The notes: generated by a model not told the origin, from the sequence alone. Numbered from the stretch's first letter, positions 12,143 to 24,676 are shown. The stretch: 64,000 nt of DNA from Octopus vulgaris (GCA_951406725.2 OX597829.1:43276001-43340000); one strand, 5' to 3'. A program made the numbers and translations.

Positions 12143-12402
12143 TATATGTTACGTTACTCGATAGTCAAGATAAAACTGAGTTTCAGATGCCGAAGAGAAA
12201 ATCCACGACATCTCTTCGGCTATCTGGCTAGATAACCGAAGCCAGATAACCGAAGAGATGTCGTGGATTCCCACTTCGAAATCTGAAACTCAGAGTTTTA
12301 TCTTGACTATCGAGTAATGTAACATATAATTGTATAGATAAATTTCCTCTATTTACATAATATTGAGGTCTCTTTCTTTCCTTTGTTATCTTACCGTTTT
12401 AT

Positions 12403-12405
<3 letters not shown>
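12138..12405. mobile_element. Fold-back PLE-like pseudo-LTR with hammerhead fold, within (TA)n
   Basis: Inverted arms 12138-12228 / 12241-12333; AGATAA CCGAAGA GAT..ATC T GAAA CTC A GAG TT TTATCT at 12244-12303. Confidence 0.75.
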
Positions 12406-12494
<89 letters not shown>

Positions 12495-12495
12495 G

Positions 12496-12565
<70 letters not shown>

Positions 12566-12570
12566 ATATG

Positions 12571-12761
12571 TTGGATCGTTAGCCCCTACACGCAATTTTT
12601 TTCTCTCCTTGTTTCTTTTCTGTGTATCTTTCTGTTGAAGAGCGTAGGCTCGAAACGTAAAAGACTTGTTTTATTTCTATTCCTGAGCGCCATACTAATA
12701 CATTTGTTTGTTTGTACTCCACCTGCCTTTGTCTTTTGTTTATTTTCGTAAACCTTCCCGT

Positions 12762-12765
<4 letters not shown>
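12571..12765 (+). mobile_element. ~195-bp hammerhead-bearing short element (solo PLE pseudo-LTR or retrozyme-like)
   Basis: TCTTT CTGTTGA A GAGC GTAG GCTC GAAA CG TA AAAGA at 12627-12664; copies at 24493 and 29029; flanked by (TA)n. Confidence 0.75.
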
Positions 12766-12824
<59 letters not shown>

Positions 12825-12908
12825 AAACAATTGCAGCGTGGAAGGTGTTTATAAGCCATTTAAGAAACACACAAAAACCGTTAGATTCACTTCAACATTG
12901 AAATTTAA

Positions 12909-12959
12909 TTTGTCAAAATATTTTCGTCGCTTTGAGACTGAGACCTGTTCACTGACAAA
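12909..12959 (-). ncRNA. Minimal type-I hammerhead-like ribozyme with G3-C8 swapped core
   Basis: Minus strand reads UUUGUCA GUGAACA G GUC..GAC GAAA AUAU UU UGACAAA: 7-bp stem I, stem II, GAAA, palindromic stem III. Confidence 0.55.
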
Positions 12960-13339
12960 ATTCCGTGCTGCAACGTATGTATGTATGTATGTATGTATGT
13001 ATGTATGTATGTATGTATGTATGTATGTATGTATGTATGTATGTATGTATGTATGTATCTATGTATGTATGTATGTATGTATGTATGTATGTATGTATGT
13101 ATGTATGTATGTATGTATGTATGTATGTATGTATGAATGTATGTATCTATGTATGTATGTATGTATGTATGTATGTATGTATGTATGTATGTACTTACGT
13201 ATGTGAGTATTTAGGAGAGTGTGTAGACGTGTTTGCGTGTGTGTACATGTGTATGTACATGTGAACGTATGTTTATGAACTGATATGTGTCAATTCAAAT
13301 TCTATACATGACCGTTACTTTGTTGAAGGTTGTTTATAT

Positions 13340-13577
13340 ACACACATACATTTATAAAGACACACACACATATATATATATATATGAGTTTGTGTGTGTG
13401 TGCGTTTGTCTCTCTCTCACCATCGTCTAACGGTGAATGGATACAACGTCTTAGATACACATAAGAATAAATAGAATAAAATAAAGCAAGTTTGAATTTT
13501 ACCCGTTGTCGTTGAAAAGAGTGTCATATATATATATATATATGTATGCATGTGTATGTGTGTATGTATATATATGG

Positions 13578-13609
<32 letters not shown>

Positions 13610-13618
13610 ATATATATG

Positions 13619-13649
<31 letters not shown>

Positions 13650-13667
13650 GAATATATATATATATTG

Positions 13668-13709
<42 letters not shown>

Positions 13710-13840
13710 TCAGGTTATATGTGCATATATGTATCTAAGACGTTGTATCCATTCACCGTTAGACGATGGTGAGAGAGAGAGAAACGCACACACACACACA
13801 TATATATATATATGTGTGTCTATATAAATGTATATGTGTA
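13340..13840. repeat. Long inverted repeat around a microsatellite-rich spacer
   Basis: CTCTCTCACCATCGTCTAACGGTGAATGGATACAACGTCTTAGATACA (13412-13459) mirrored at 13729-13777, with mirrored flanking microsatellites. Confidence 0.85.
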
Positions 13841-14004
13841 TATATATATAAGCATTTGTGCGCAAATCATATTACATAAATTGCTTTCTCTCTAATTGCA
13901 GTGGGATCTGATCGCTTATTTTTTGAGACATCGTTAAAATTAGTTAGCTTCATTCTTGCACACAAGTTAATATGTGTTCACCTAACGATATTTTTATTGC
14001 ATAA

Positions 14005-14872
14005 GGCGGCGAGCTGGCAGAATCGTTAGCACGCCGGGCGAAATGCTCAGTAGTATTTCGTCTGTAGCTACGTTCTGAGTTCAAATTCCGCCGAGGTCGA
14101 CTTTGCCTTTCATCCTTTCGGGGTCGATTAAATAAGTACCAGTTACGCACTGGGGTCGATATAATTGACACTTAATCCGTTTGTCTGTCCCTGTATGTCC
14201 TCTCTGTGTTTAGCCCCTTGTGGGTAGTAAAGAAATAGGTATTTTGCCTGTCTTTACGTTCTGAGTTCAAATTCCGCTGAGGTCGACTTTGCCTTTCATC
14301 CTTTCGGGGTCGATTAAATAAGTACCAGTTACGCACTGGGGTCGATATAATTGACACTTAATCCGTTTGTCTGTCCCTGTATGTCCTCTCTGTGTTTAGC
14401 CCCTTGTGGGTAGTAAAGAAATAGGTATTTTGCCTGTCTTTACGTTCTGAGTTCAAATTCCGCCGAGGTCGATTTTGCCTTTCATCCTATCGGGCTCGAT
14501 TAAATAAGTACCAGTTACGCATTGGGCTCGATATAATCGACGTAATCCGTTTATCTGTCCCTGTATGTCCTCTCTGTGTTTAGCCCCTTGTGGGTAGTAA
14601 AGAAATAGGTGGTACTGGACCTGTTGTTGCTGCTACAGGGATTGTCAGGTCTGCTATTACTAGCATTAGGGAAGCTGTTAGTAATAGGTATTTCGTCTGC
14701 CGTTACGTTGTGAGTTCAAATTCCGCCGAGGTCGACTTTGCCTTTCATCCTTTCGGGGTCGATAAATTAAGTTACCAGTTACGCACTGGAGTCGATGTAA
14801 TCGACTTAATACCTATGTCTGTCCTTGTTTGTCCCCCTCTGTGTTTAGCCCTTTGTGGGTAGTAAAGAAATA
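14005..14872 (+). mobile_element. SINE family A array (4 units) with a 72-bp insert
   Basis: ~186-bp units joined at AAGAAATAG|GTATTT; foreign segment 14611-14682. Confidence 0.9.
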
Positions 14873-15177
14873 GATACTTTCATTACGTTTTCATTATTAA
14901 CTTGCCGGTGTTTTGTCATTCATTTGCATAATAACAGTTTAGTTTGTCTCATTACATATATTAAATTCTGTGTATTTGAAGTAAAATATTCCTTTATTTT
15001 AAAGCTTTTGATCCCTAAATCAAAATTTTGATTCCTAAATGAAATATACTCAAGTACCATGACTTCATCATCCTCACTTGGCAACAAGCGGGTCAAAAGA
15101 TTGTTTATGAACTTCGGCCCCAGGAAGTATAATTTCTTTTATAAATATTTCGACGTTTCTAGAATTAAATATAGACG

Positions 15178-15665
<488 letters not shown>

Positions 15666-15874
15666 CATATTATACCATAAGTTTTTAATCGGTTTTCATT
15701 TTACTCTACATAGATCATATTTATACGTTCTGTCCTTTATATCCGATTTGTAATTGCACTTAATGGAAATGCTTTCTCTACAAGTGTTTTCCAATTCCTC
15801 CAGGCAGAGTGCATGGATATTTAAGATCGAATCTAAGGAGAGTAAAAGGCAAAACCTAAAAATAAGTTTTGCTA

Positions 15875-16292
15875 TAGGAGTGGCTGTGTGGTAAGTAGCT
15901 TGCTTACCAACCACATGGTTCCGGGTTCAGTCCCACTGCGTGGAACCTTGGGCAAGTGTCTTCTACTATAGCCTCGGGCCGACCAAAGCCTTGTGAGTGG
16001 ATTTGGTAGACGGAAACAGAAAGAAGACCGTCGTATATATGTATATATATATATATATGTGAGTGTGCGTGTATGTTTGAGTGTCTGTGTTTGTCCCCCT
16101 AGCATTGCTTGACAACCGATGTTGGTGTGTTTACGTCCCCGTCACTTAGCAGTTCGGCAAAAGAGACCGATAGAATAAGTATTGGGCTTGCAAAGAATAA
16201 GTCCCGGGGTCGAGTTGCTCGACTAAAGGCGGTGCTCCAGCATGGCCGCAGTCAAATGACTGAAACAAGTAAAAGAGTAAAGAGTAAGAGTA
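15875..16292 (+). mobile_element. SINE family B, full length
   Basis: Same as 5138-5590 with a shorter internal microsatellite. Confidence 0.9.
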
Positions 16293-16299
16293 AATAGTC

Positions 16300-17300
16300 C
16301 AAAAAGCCATGTAACATGTCATGACATGTTCCAAGGCTATAATGAGTGTATTTTTTTAACAATTTCTACTTTATCCAAAATTTGTAATACACGCTGTTCT
16401 GTACCTGAATATATATTTAATTATCTAAACATATTACCGACAAACGGTGGTACAGTTAAATTCTGTTTTTGGGCTAGTTTAACTTGCGGTTTCAAAAGTT
16501 CTGGTAACCAGTTTGTCTTCCGATGAATGACCAACGAAATATGTCAGTGTAATCTCCCTTGTTTTTTTTTTCCTTCAGTGTGATGCCAGCGCCGCCTCGA
16601 CTGGCTTCCGTGTCGGTGGCACGTAAAAAGCACCATCCGAATCGTGGCCGAAGCCAGTGCCTCCTCGACTGGCTTCCGTGCATATGGCACGTAAAATGCA
16701 CCAATCCGACCGTGGCCGATGCCAGCCTCGCCTGGCTCCAGTGCAGGTGGCACGTAAAAAGCACCCACTACACGCACGGAGTGGTTGGCGTTAGGAAGTG
16801 CATCCAGCTGTAGAAACATTGCCAGATAAGACCGGAGCCTGGTGCAGCCTGCTGGCTTCCCAGATCCCCGGTCGAACCGTCCAACCCATGCTAGCATGGC
16901 GAATGGACGTTAAACGATGATGATGATGATGATGATGATATGCAAGGTGACTAATAGGGTTTAGTTGTATCTGTTCAAAGTTTCAACTACAGAAGCTTTG
17001 AAAACTGTAGATTACAACTTTAAATTCATCCTAAGTTTCTAATGAATGCTGTGTGTAAATATCTGAAAATGCTCGTTCGTCTATGTTTGCGAGGTTTTGG
17101 GGGGAGTGTACTTCTATTGATGTTCAGACAAGTCTAAACATTGGTGTTACTTTGGCCGGGGGTTAAGTGGATACCCTTTTATATCCTGTATCTTAGCAGC
17201 TCAACAATTTGAAATCGTCGAAAAGAAATATCGGACTGGAATATGTTGAAGAGTAGATACGCTCAAGAACGTTTTATTCAGGAAGGTCGCCAGTGTGGTG
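16300..17300 (-). pseudogene. Highly decayed retroviral-type (rve) integrase, possibly Maverick/Polinton-like, interrupted by a SINE
   Basis: Minus-strand STVFKASVVETLNR (about 16965-17010) resembles the KASxVERxNRT motif; followed by GRLH..KTNWLPELL; many stops and frameshifts. Confidence 0.3.
16575..16939 (+). mobile_element. RTE-related short element (family E) with (GAT)n tail
   Basis: Internal repeats of TGGCACGTAAAA(A)GCACC; GGTTGGCGTTAGGAAG.GCATCCAG..GTCCAACCCATGC.AGCATGG; second copy 23860-24180. Confidence 0.75.
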
Positions 17301-17324
17301 ACTGTTAAATAGCCGAATATATAT

Positions 17325-17918
17325 TTCTTTGTTGCCCACAAGGGGCAAAACAGAGAGGACAAACAAGGACAGACAAACGGATTAAGTCGATTACAGTGAC
17401 TCCAGTGCGTAACTGGTATTTAATTTATCGATCCCGAAAGGATGAAAAGTAAAGTCGACCTCGGCGGAATTTGAACTCAGAACGTAACGGCAGACGAAAT
17501 ACCCGTTTCTTTATTACCCACAAGGGGCTAAACATAGAGGGGACAAACAAGGACAGACAAACGGATTAAGTCGATTACATTGACTCCAGTGCGTAACTGG
17601 TACTTAATTTATCGACCCCGAAAGGATGAAAGGTAAAGTCGACCTCGGCGGAATTTGAACTCAGAACGTAACGGCAGACGAAATACCCGTTTCTTTATTA
17701 CCCACAAGGGGCTAAACATAGAGGGGACAAACAAGGACAGACAAACGGATTAAGTCGATTACATTGACTCCAGTGCGTAACTGGTACTTAATTTATCGAC
17801 CCCGAAAGGATGAAAGGTAAAGTCGACCTCGGCGGAATTTGAACTCAGAACGTAACGGCAGACGAAATACGGTTACGCATTTCGCCCGGCGTGCTAACGT
17901 TTCTGCCAGCTCGCCGCC
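17325..17918 (-). mobile_element. SINE family A array (3 units)
   Basis: ~185-bp reverse-complement units. Confidence 0.9.
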
Positions 17919-18314
17919 TTCAAAATAGCCGAATATAGGCGTTGGAATGTTGAATAGCAAGCCACGCTATTACACCAAAAATAACACCAAAAAGAAAAAT
18001 GAAAAAAAAAGGTGGAGAGGCTAACGACTTAGCCAGGGAGATTGCTTATGGGAAACTGCCAGGAATCGGGAGTGAGTCGTGTTCGTTTCGGCTCTATGCG
18101 TTTTACAAGCAATAGCGGAGACGATAGGTACCAAGCTGTGATGCTGTGGTGTTAAACAACTTCTTTAACCTATCTTTTGGAGAAAAATCGGTAACATAAA
18201 AAGAGAAACCTTGCGTATGAAGGTATACTGCGTTCGAAATTTACTTTCTTCTCTGGAAAATACCAAATACATTCGACGCTTTTGTATGCGTGTGTGTATG
18301 CACACACCTACACC

Positions 18315-18347
<33 letters not shown>

Positions 18348-18795
18348 TGGTTTATATGTCTATATACGTGTGTGTGTGTGTACATATATGCTAGTATATA
18401 AATAGATAGACAAATAGATGTGTAGATATTTGAGAATTCTTTAGCAGGTGTATTGAGAACTTTCAGTGCTAGAAGACAACTATATATTTGATATTCTGCA
18501 AACAGTTCTATTGTCTTCTCGGGAATTTTTGTCAACCAAAGTCAGAGTCGACCATTGTTTCCCATTATTTCCCATTGTGATCCTATCTGTGCATTTACCA
18601 TTTTATCAGGCACGAAATGTAAATATACAAGACACTTAAAGACAAGGTTATAAGGAAAGAACGAGTCCAATATCTAAGAATGGGAAAGAGAAAAAAAAAA
18701 GTTGCCTGTCTTTATGCATGCTTCTATGGACGACTGTGCTTGTGTGAGCGTATGTGTGTGTGTGTGTTTGTGTTTGTGTGAGCGTGCGTGCGTGC

Positions 18796-18826
<31 letters not shown>

Positions 18827-19135
18827 TGTATGTGTGTGCATGTGTGTGTGTGTGTGTGTGTGTTGTGTGTTTGTGTGAGCGTGCGTGCGTGCGTGTGTGT
18901 GTGTGTGTGTGTGTATGTGTGTGTATGTGTGTGCATGTGTGTGTGTGTGTGTGTGTGTTTGTGTTAGTGTGAGCGTGTGTGTGTGTGTGCATGTGTGTGT
19001 GAGCATGTGTGTGTGTGTGTGCATGTGTGTGTGTGTGTGTGTGTTTGTGTTTGTGTGAGTGTGTGTGTGCATGTGTGTGTGTGTGTGTGCGTGTGTGAGT
19101 GTGTGTGTGTGTGTTTGTGTGAGCGTGTGTATGTG

Positions 19136-19199
<64 letters not shown>

Positions 19200-19519
19200 G
19201 TTGTTGTGTGTGTATGTGCGTGTGTGTGTGTGTGTGTGTGCTTACGAAGGCAGAAATAATATATAGAATTAGTGGAATTTGGGTATATTCTAATCTTTAG
19301 AATTGTCGATGTAAGTAGATAACGAAAAAAAACTACGACATCGTAATATTACCTGCCAAGGTATAATACGAGTCGACATAGGAGTCGCTTCTTGAACAAA
19401 ATCTCCCATGAATGAATCCCTACCGCCTAAAATATATAAAATGTTGTGTGAGGCAAAGCTAATCCTCTGCTCCTTCTTTTGCTTTTATTTACTTATCTTA
19501 CTTTTCTTCAGATTTGTGT

Positions 19520-22500
19520 TGCATCAGTTTCTGATGAAAAAAGAAAGTTGCTTGGCCACCACTCAACCCCTCTTTCTTTAGACGGTTGTTGTAGCATGTC
19601 AGCTTCTCAACAAAAAAGGAAGTTGCTATGGCATATCAGTTTCTGATGAAAAAGGAAAGTTGCTTGGCCACTACTCAACCCACCTTTCTTTGGACGGTTG
19701 CTATGGCATGTCAGTTTCTGAAGAAAAAGGAAAGTTCCTTGGTCACCACTCAACCCCTCTTTCTTTGGACGGTTGCTGTAGCATGTCAGCTTCTCAACAA
19801 AAAAGGAAGTTGCTTGGTCACTACTCAACCCATCTTTCTTTGACGGTTGCTGTAGCATGTCAGCTTCTCAACAAAAAAGGAAGTTGCTTGGCCACCACTC
19901 AACCCACCTTTCTTTGGACGGTTGCTGTAGCATGTCAGCTTGTCAACAAAAAAGGAAGTTGCTTGGCCACTACTCAACCCACCTTTCTTTGGACGGTTGC
20001 TGTAGTATATCAGCTTCTCAACAAAAAAGGAAGTTGCTTGGCCACTACTCAACCTACCTTTCTTTGGACGGTTGCTATGGAATGTCAGTTTCTGATGAAA
20101 AAAGAAAGTTGCTTGGTCACCACTCAACCCCTCTTTCTTTGGACGGTTGCTGTAGCATGTCAGCTTCTCAACAAAAAAGGAAGTTGCTTGGTCACTACTC
20201 AACCCCTCTTTCTTTGACGGTTGCTGTAGCATGTCAGCTTCTCAACAAAAAGGAAGTTGCTTGGCCACCACTCAACCCACCTTTCTTTGGACGGTTGCTG
20301 TAGCATGTCAGCTTGTCAACAAAAAAGGAAGTTGCTTGGCCACTACTCAACCCACCTTTCTTTGGACGGTTGCTGTAGTATATCAGCTTCTCAACAAAAA
20401 AGGAAGTTGCTTGGCCACTACTCAACCTACCTTTCTTTGGACGGTTGCTATGGCATGTCAGTTTCTGATGAAAAAAGAAAGTTGCTTGGTCACCACTCAA
20501 CCCCTCTTTCTTTGGACGGTTGCTGTAGCATGTCAGCTTCTCAACAAAAAAGGAAGTTGCTTGGTCACTCTCAACCTACCTTTCTTTGGGCGGTTGCTAT
20601 GGCATGTCAGTTTCTGATGAAAAAACGAAGTTGCTTGACCACCACTCAACGGTTGCTGTAACATGTCAGCTTCTCAACAAGAAAGAAAGTTGCTTGGCCA
20701 CTACTCAACCCCTCTTTCTTTGAACGGTTGCTGTAGCATGTCAGCTTCTCAACAAGAAAGGAAGTTGCTTGGCCACCACTCAACCCCTCTTTCTTTGGAC
20801 GGTTGCTATGGCATGTCAGTTTCTGATGAATAAAGAAAGTTGCTTGGCCTCCACTCGACCCCTCTTTCTTTGGACGGTTGCTGTAACATGTCAGCTTGTC
20901 AACAAGAAAGGAAGTTGCTTGGTCACTCTCAACCCACCTTTCTTTGGACGGTTGCTGTAGCATGTCAGCTTCTCAACAAAAAAGGAGGTTGCTTTGCTAC
21001 CATTCAACCCCTCTTTCTTTGGACGGTTGCTGTAGTATGTCAGCTTCTCAACAAAAAAAAGAAGTTGCTTGGCCACCACTCAACCCACCTTTCTTTGGAC
21101 GGTTGCTGTAGCATGTCAGCTTGTCAACAAAAAAGGAAGTTGCTTGGCCACTACTCAACCCACCTTTCTTTGGACGGTTGCTGTAGTATATCATCTTCTC
21201 AACAAAAAAGGAAGTTGCTTGGCCACTACTCAACCTACCTTTCTTTGGACGGTTGCTATGGCATGTCAGTTTCTGATGAAAAAAGAAAGTTGCTTGGTCA
21301 CCACTCAACCCCTCTTTCTTTGGACGGTTGCTGTAGCATGTCAGCTTCTCAACAAAAAGGAAGTTGCTTGGTCACTCTCAACCTACCTTTCTTTGGGCGG
21401 TTGCTATGGCATCTTAGTTTCTGATGAAAAAAGAAAGTTGCTTGGCCTCCACTCAACTCCTCTTTCTTTGGACGGTTACTGTAGCATGTCAGCTTGTCAA
21501 CAAAATAGGAAGTTGCTTGGCCTCCACTCAACCCCTCTTTCTTTGGACGGTTGCTGTAGCATGTCAGCTTGTCAACAAAATAGGAAGTTGCTTGGTCACT
21601 ACTCAACCCACCTTTCTTTGGACGGTTGCTATGGCATGTCAGTTTCTGATGAAAAAAGAAAGTTGCTTGACCACCACTCAACGGTTGCTGTAACATGTCA
21701 CCTTTCTTTGGACGGTTGCTATGGCATGTCAGTTTCTGATGAATAAAGAAAGTTGCTTGGCCTCCACTCGACCCCTCTTTCTTTGGACGGTTGCTGTAAC
21801 ATGTCAGCTTGTCAACAAGAAAGGAAGTTGCTTGGTCACTCTCAACCCACCTTTCTTTGGACGGTTGCTGTAGCATGTCAGCTTCTCAACAAAAAAGGAA
21901 GTTGCTTGGCTACCATTCAACCCCTCTTTCTTTGGACGGTTGCTGTAGTATGTCAGCTTCTCAACAAAAAAGGAAGTTGCTTGGCCACTACTCAACCCTT
22001 ATTTCTTTGGACGGTTGCTATGGCACGTCAGTTTCTAATGAAAAAAGAAGTTGCTTGGCCACCACTCAACCCCTCTTTCTTTGGACGGTTGCTGTAGCAT
22101 GTCAGCTTCTCAACAAAAAAGGAAGTTGCTTGGCCACCACTCAACCCACCTTTCTTTGGACGGTTGCTGTAGCATGTCAGCTTGTCAACAAAAAAGGAAG
22201 TTGCTTGGCCACTACTCAACCCACCTTTCTTTGGACGGTTGCTGTAGTATATCATCTTCTCAACAAAAAAGGAAGTTGCTTGGCCACTACTCAACCTACC
22301 TTTCTTTGGACGGTTGCTATGGCATGTCAGTTTCTGATGAAAAAAGAAAGTTGCTTGGTCACCACTCAACCCCTCTTTCTTTGGACGGTTGCTGTAGCAT
22401 GTCAGCTTCTCAACAAAAAATGAAGTTGCTTGGTCACTCTCAACCTACCTTTCTTTGGGCGGTTGCTATGGCATGTCAGTTTCTAATGAAAAAAGAAAGT

Positions 22501-23325
22501 TGCTTGGCCTCCACTCAACCCCTCTTTCTTTGGACGGTTGCTGTAACATCTCAGCTTATCAACAAAAAAGGAAGTTGCTTGGCCACTACTCAACCCACAT
22601 TTCTTTGGACGGTTGCTATGGCATGTCAGTTTCTGATGAAAAAGGAAAGTTGCTTGGCCATCACTCAACCCCTCTTTCTTTGGACGGTTGCTGTAACATC
22701 TCAGCTTGTCAACAAAAAAGGAAGTTGCTTGGCCACTACTCAACCCACCTTTCTTTGGACGGTTGCTATGGCATGTCAGTTTCTGATGAAAAAAGAAAGT
22801 TGCTTGGCCACTACTCAACCCCTCTTTCTTTGGACGGTTGCTGTAGCATGTTACTTTATCGAGAAAAATGAAAATTGCTTGGCCACCACTCAACCCCTCT
22901 TTCTTTGGATGGTTGCTGTAGTATGTCAGCTTGTCAACAAGAAAGGAAGTTGCTTGGCCACTACTCAACCCTTATTTCTTTGGACGGTTGCTGTAGCATG
23001 TCAGCTTGTCAACAAAAAAGGAAGTTGCTTGGCCACCACTCAACCCACCTTTCTTTGGACGGTTGCTGTAGCATGTCAGCTTGTCAACAAAAAAGGAAGT
23101 TGCTTGGCCACCACTCAACCCACCTTTCTTTGGATGGTTGCTGTAGTATGTCAGCTTGTCAACAAGAAAGTAAGTTGCTTGGTCACTACTCAACCCTTAT
23201 TTCTTTGGACGGTTGCTGTAGCAAAATGAAAGTTGCTTGGTCACCACTCAGCTCCACCACTCCTTTCTTTTGACGGTTTCTGTAGCATGTCAATTTCACA
23301 ATAAAAGAGAGTTGCTTGACCACTC
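19520..23325. repeat. 75-bp minisatellite, about 50 units, with higher-order structure
   Basis: Unit GACGGTTGCTGTAGCATGTCAGCTTCTCAACAAAAAAGGAAGTTGCTTGGCCACCACTCAACCCACCTTTCTTTG and variant ..CTATGGCATGTCAGTTTCTGATGAAAAAAGAAAG.. Confidence 0.95.
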
Positions 23326-23334
23326 GTATGTGTT

Positions 23335-23550
23335 GTGTGTCTTTAAGTATGGTATTATTCCTCACCGCTGCTTCACAACCGGTGTTGGTGTATTTACGTC
23401 CCTGTAACCTAGTGGTTCGGTAAAAGACTATTATTATAAGTACTAGGCTTTAAAAAAATAGCTTGGAGTCGATTTGTTCGACTAAAACCCTTTAAAGCGT
23501 TGCCCCAACATTACCGCAATCAAATGACTGATGACAGTAAGGAATAAAAA
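23335..23550 (+). mobile_element. Diverged SINE family B 3' module
   Basis: ACAACCGGTGTTGGTGTATTTACGTCCCTGTAACCTAGTGGTTCGG..CAAATGACTGA. Confidence 0.7.
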
Positions 23551-23859
23551 TTTAGTATAAAACATGTATTTTATAGTTTTGGAATATATTGCCCGAGCAG
23601 CGCTAGTAAAGGGCTGGAGTAAGCGCCTTTCATCCAACTAGCGGCTGATAAATATCAACCAAAAGCCGATGTTGACTTCTTTCGCCTCTGCCACTCTTAC
23701 AAATTCAGCTACGATACAACAGAAAAAGGTCGTAAGGGCGTAGGTCTTATAATGACTGAGAAATGTAAAAGTTTAAGCAGTGCAAGTAGCTCTCTCTCTC
23801 TTCATTATTTTGTTATTTTACTTTCGTTGCTCAGTATTACATCCTGCCCTCAATTCAGA

Positions 23860-24062
23860 TATTTTGTCTGTCGAGTTAATTCGGTGACCTCACTGTTGCT
23901 AGTGTCACATAAAAAAAACACCCAAATACACTCTGCAAAGTGATTGGCGTTAGGAAGGGCATCCAGAAACTATGCCAAAAACAGACAGCAGGGTTTGGTG
24001 CAAGTATTCCTGTGGAACTGTCCAACCCATGCCAACATGGAAAATAGACTTTTGAATGATGA

Positions 24063-24100
<38 letters not shown>

Positions 24101-24183
24101 GCGGCAGGGGTGATGGTGGCGGGGGCAGTGGTGATGGCGGCGGAGGCAGCGGCGGCAGTGGTGATGATGATGCTGATGATGAG
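23860..24183 (+). mobile_element. Family E element with tail drifting from (GAT)n to (GGC)n
   Basis: TTGGCGTTAGGAAGGGCATCCAG..TGTCCAACCCATGCCAACATGG. Confidence 0.65.
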
Positions 24184-24492
24184 GTCATGAGTTCGATCAC
24201 TGGTGGTTCTTTGTGTCATTGAAACAATTGAAAAACACTTGTAGAAATTACGTAAGACAGCAGTTCCAATTTGTTGGTTCTGACGAAATTTCATCTGCCG
24301 ATATCATTTTCCCTTTATTTGCGCTCAAGGTCTGTGCGTCGCAGAATAATTATCGCAGCTGGCAGCGCTTCAAAACAACACATGATGTAAGTTGAGTTGG
24401 ATGCGCAAATTAATATTCGTTACAGAAGTTACTTTCGTCGCAAATAGCTGATTATACACACACACACATACATACATACATATATATATATG

Positions 24493-24676
24493 ATAGGTCG
24501 TTAGCCACTACACACATTTATTTCTCTCCTTGTTTTTTTCTGTGTACCTTTCTGTAGAAGAGCATAGGCTCGAAACGTAAAAGACTTTTTTTATTCCTGA
24601 GCGTTATACTAATACATTTGCTTGTTTTGTACACCACCTGTCTTCGTCTTTTGTTTTTTTCGTAAACTTTCCCTAT
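24493..24676 (+). mobile_element. Hammerhead-bearing short element (family of 12571)
   Basis: CTTT CTGTAGA A GAGC ATAG GCTC GAAA CG TA AAAG at 24548-24583; (TA)n on both sides. Confidence 0.75.

Noticed and set aside
13425-13455. Hammerhead-like TCTAA..ACGTC TTAGA
   Set aside because: Stem I and GUC present but neither the CUGAnGA nor the GAAA core can be placed
22051-23229. 392-aa Cys-rich repeat protein
   Set aside because: Frame switches between repeat phases at 1-bp indels; explained by the 75-bp minisatellite
24063-24160. (GGC)n poly-Gly exon or CpG island
   Set aside because: Lies in the (GAT)n tail of a family E element; microsatellite drift
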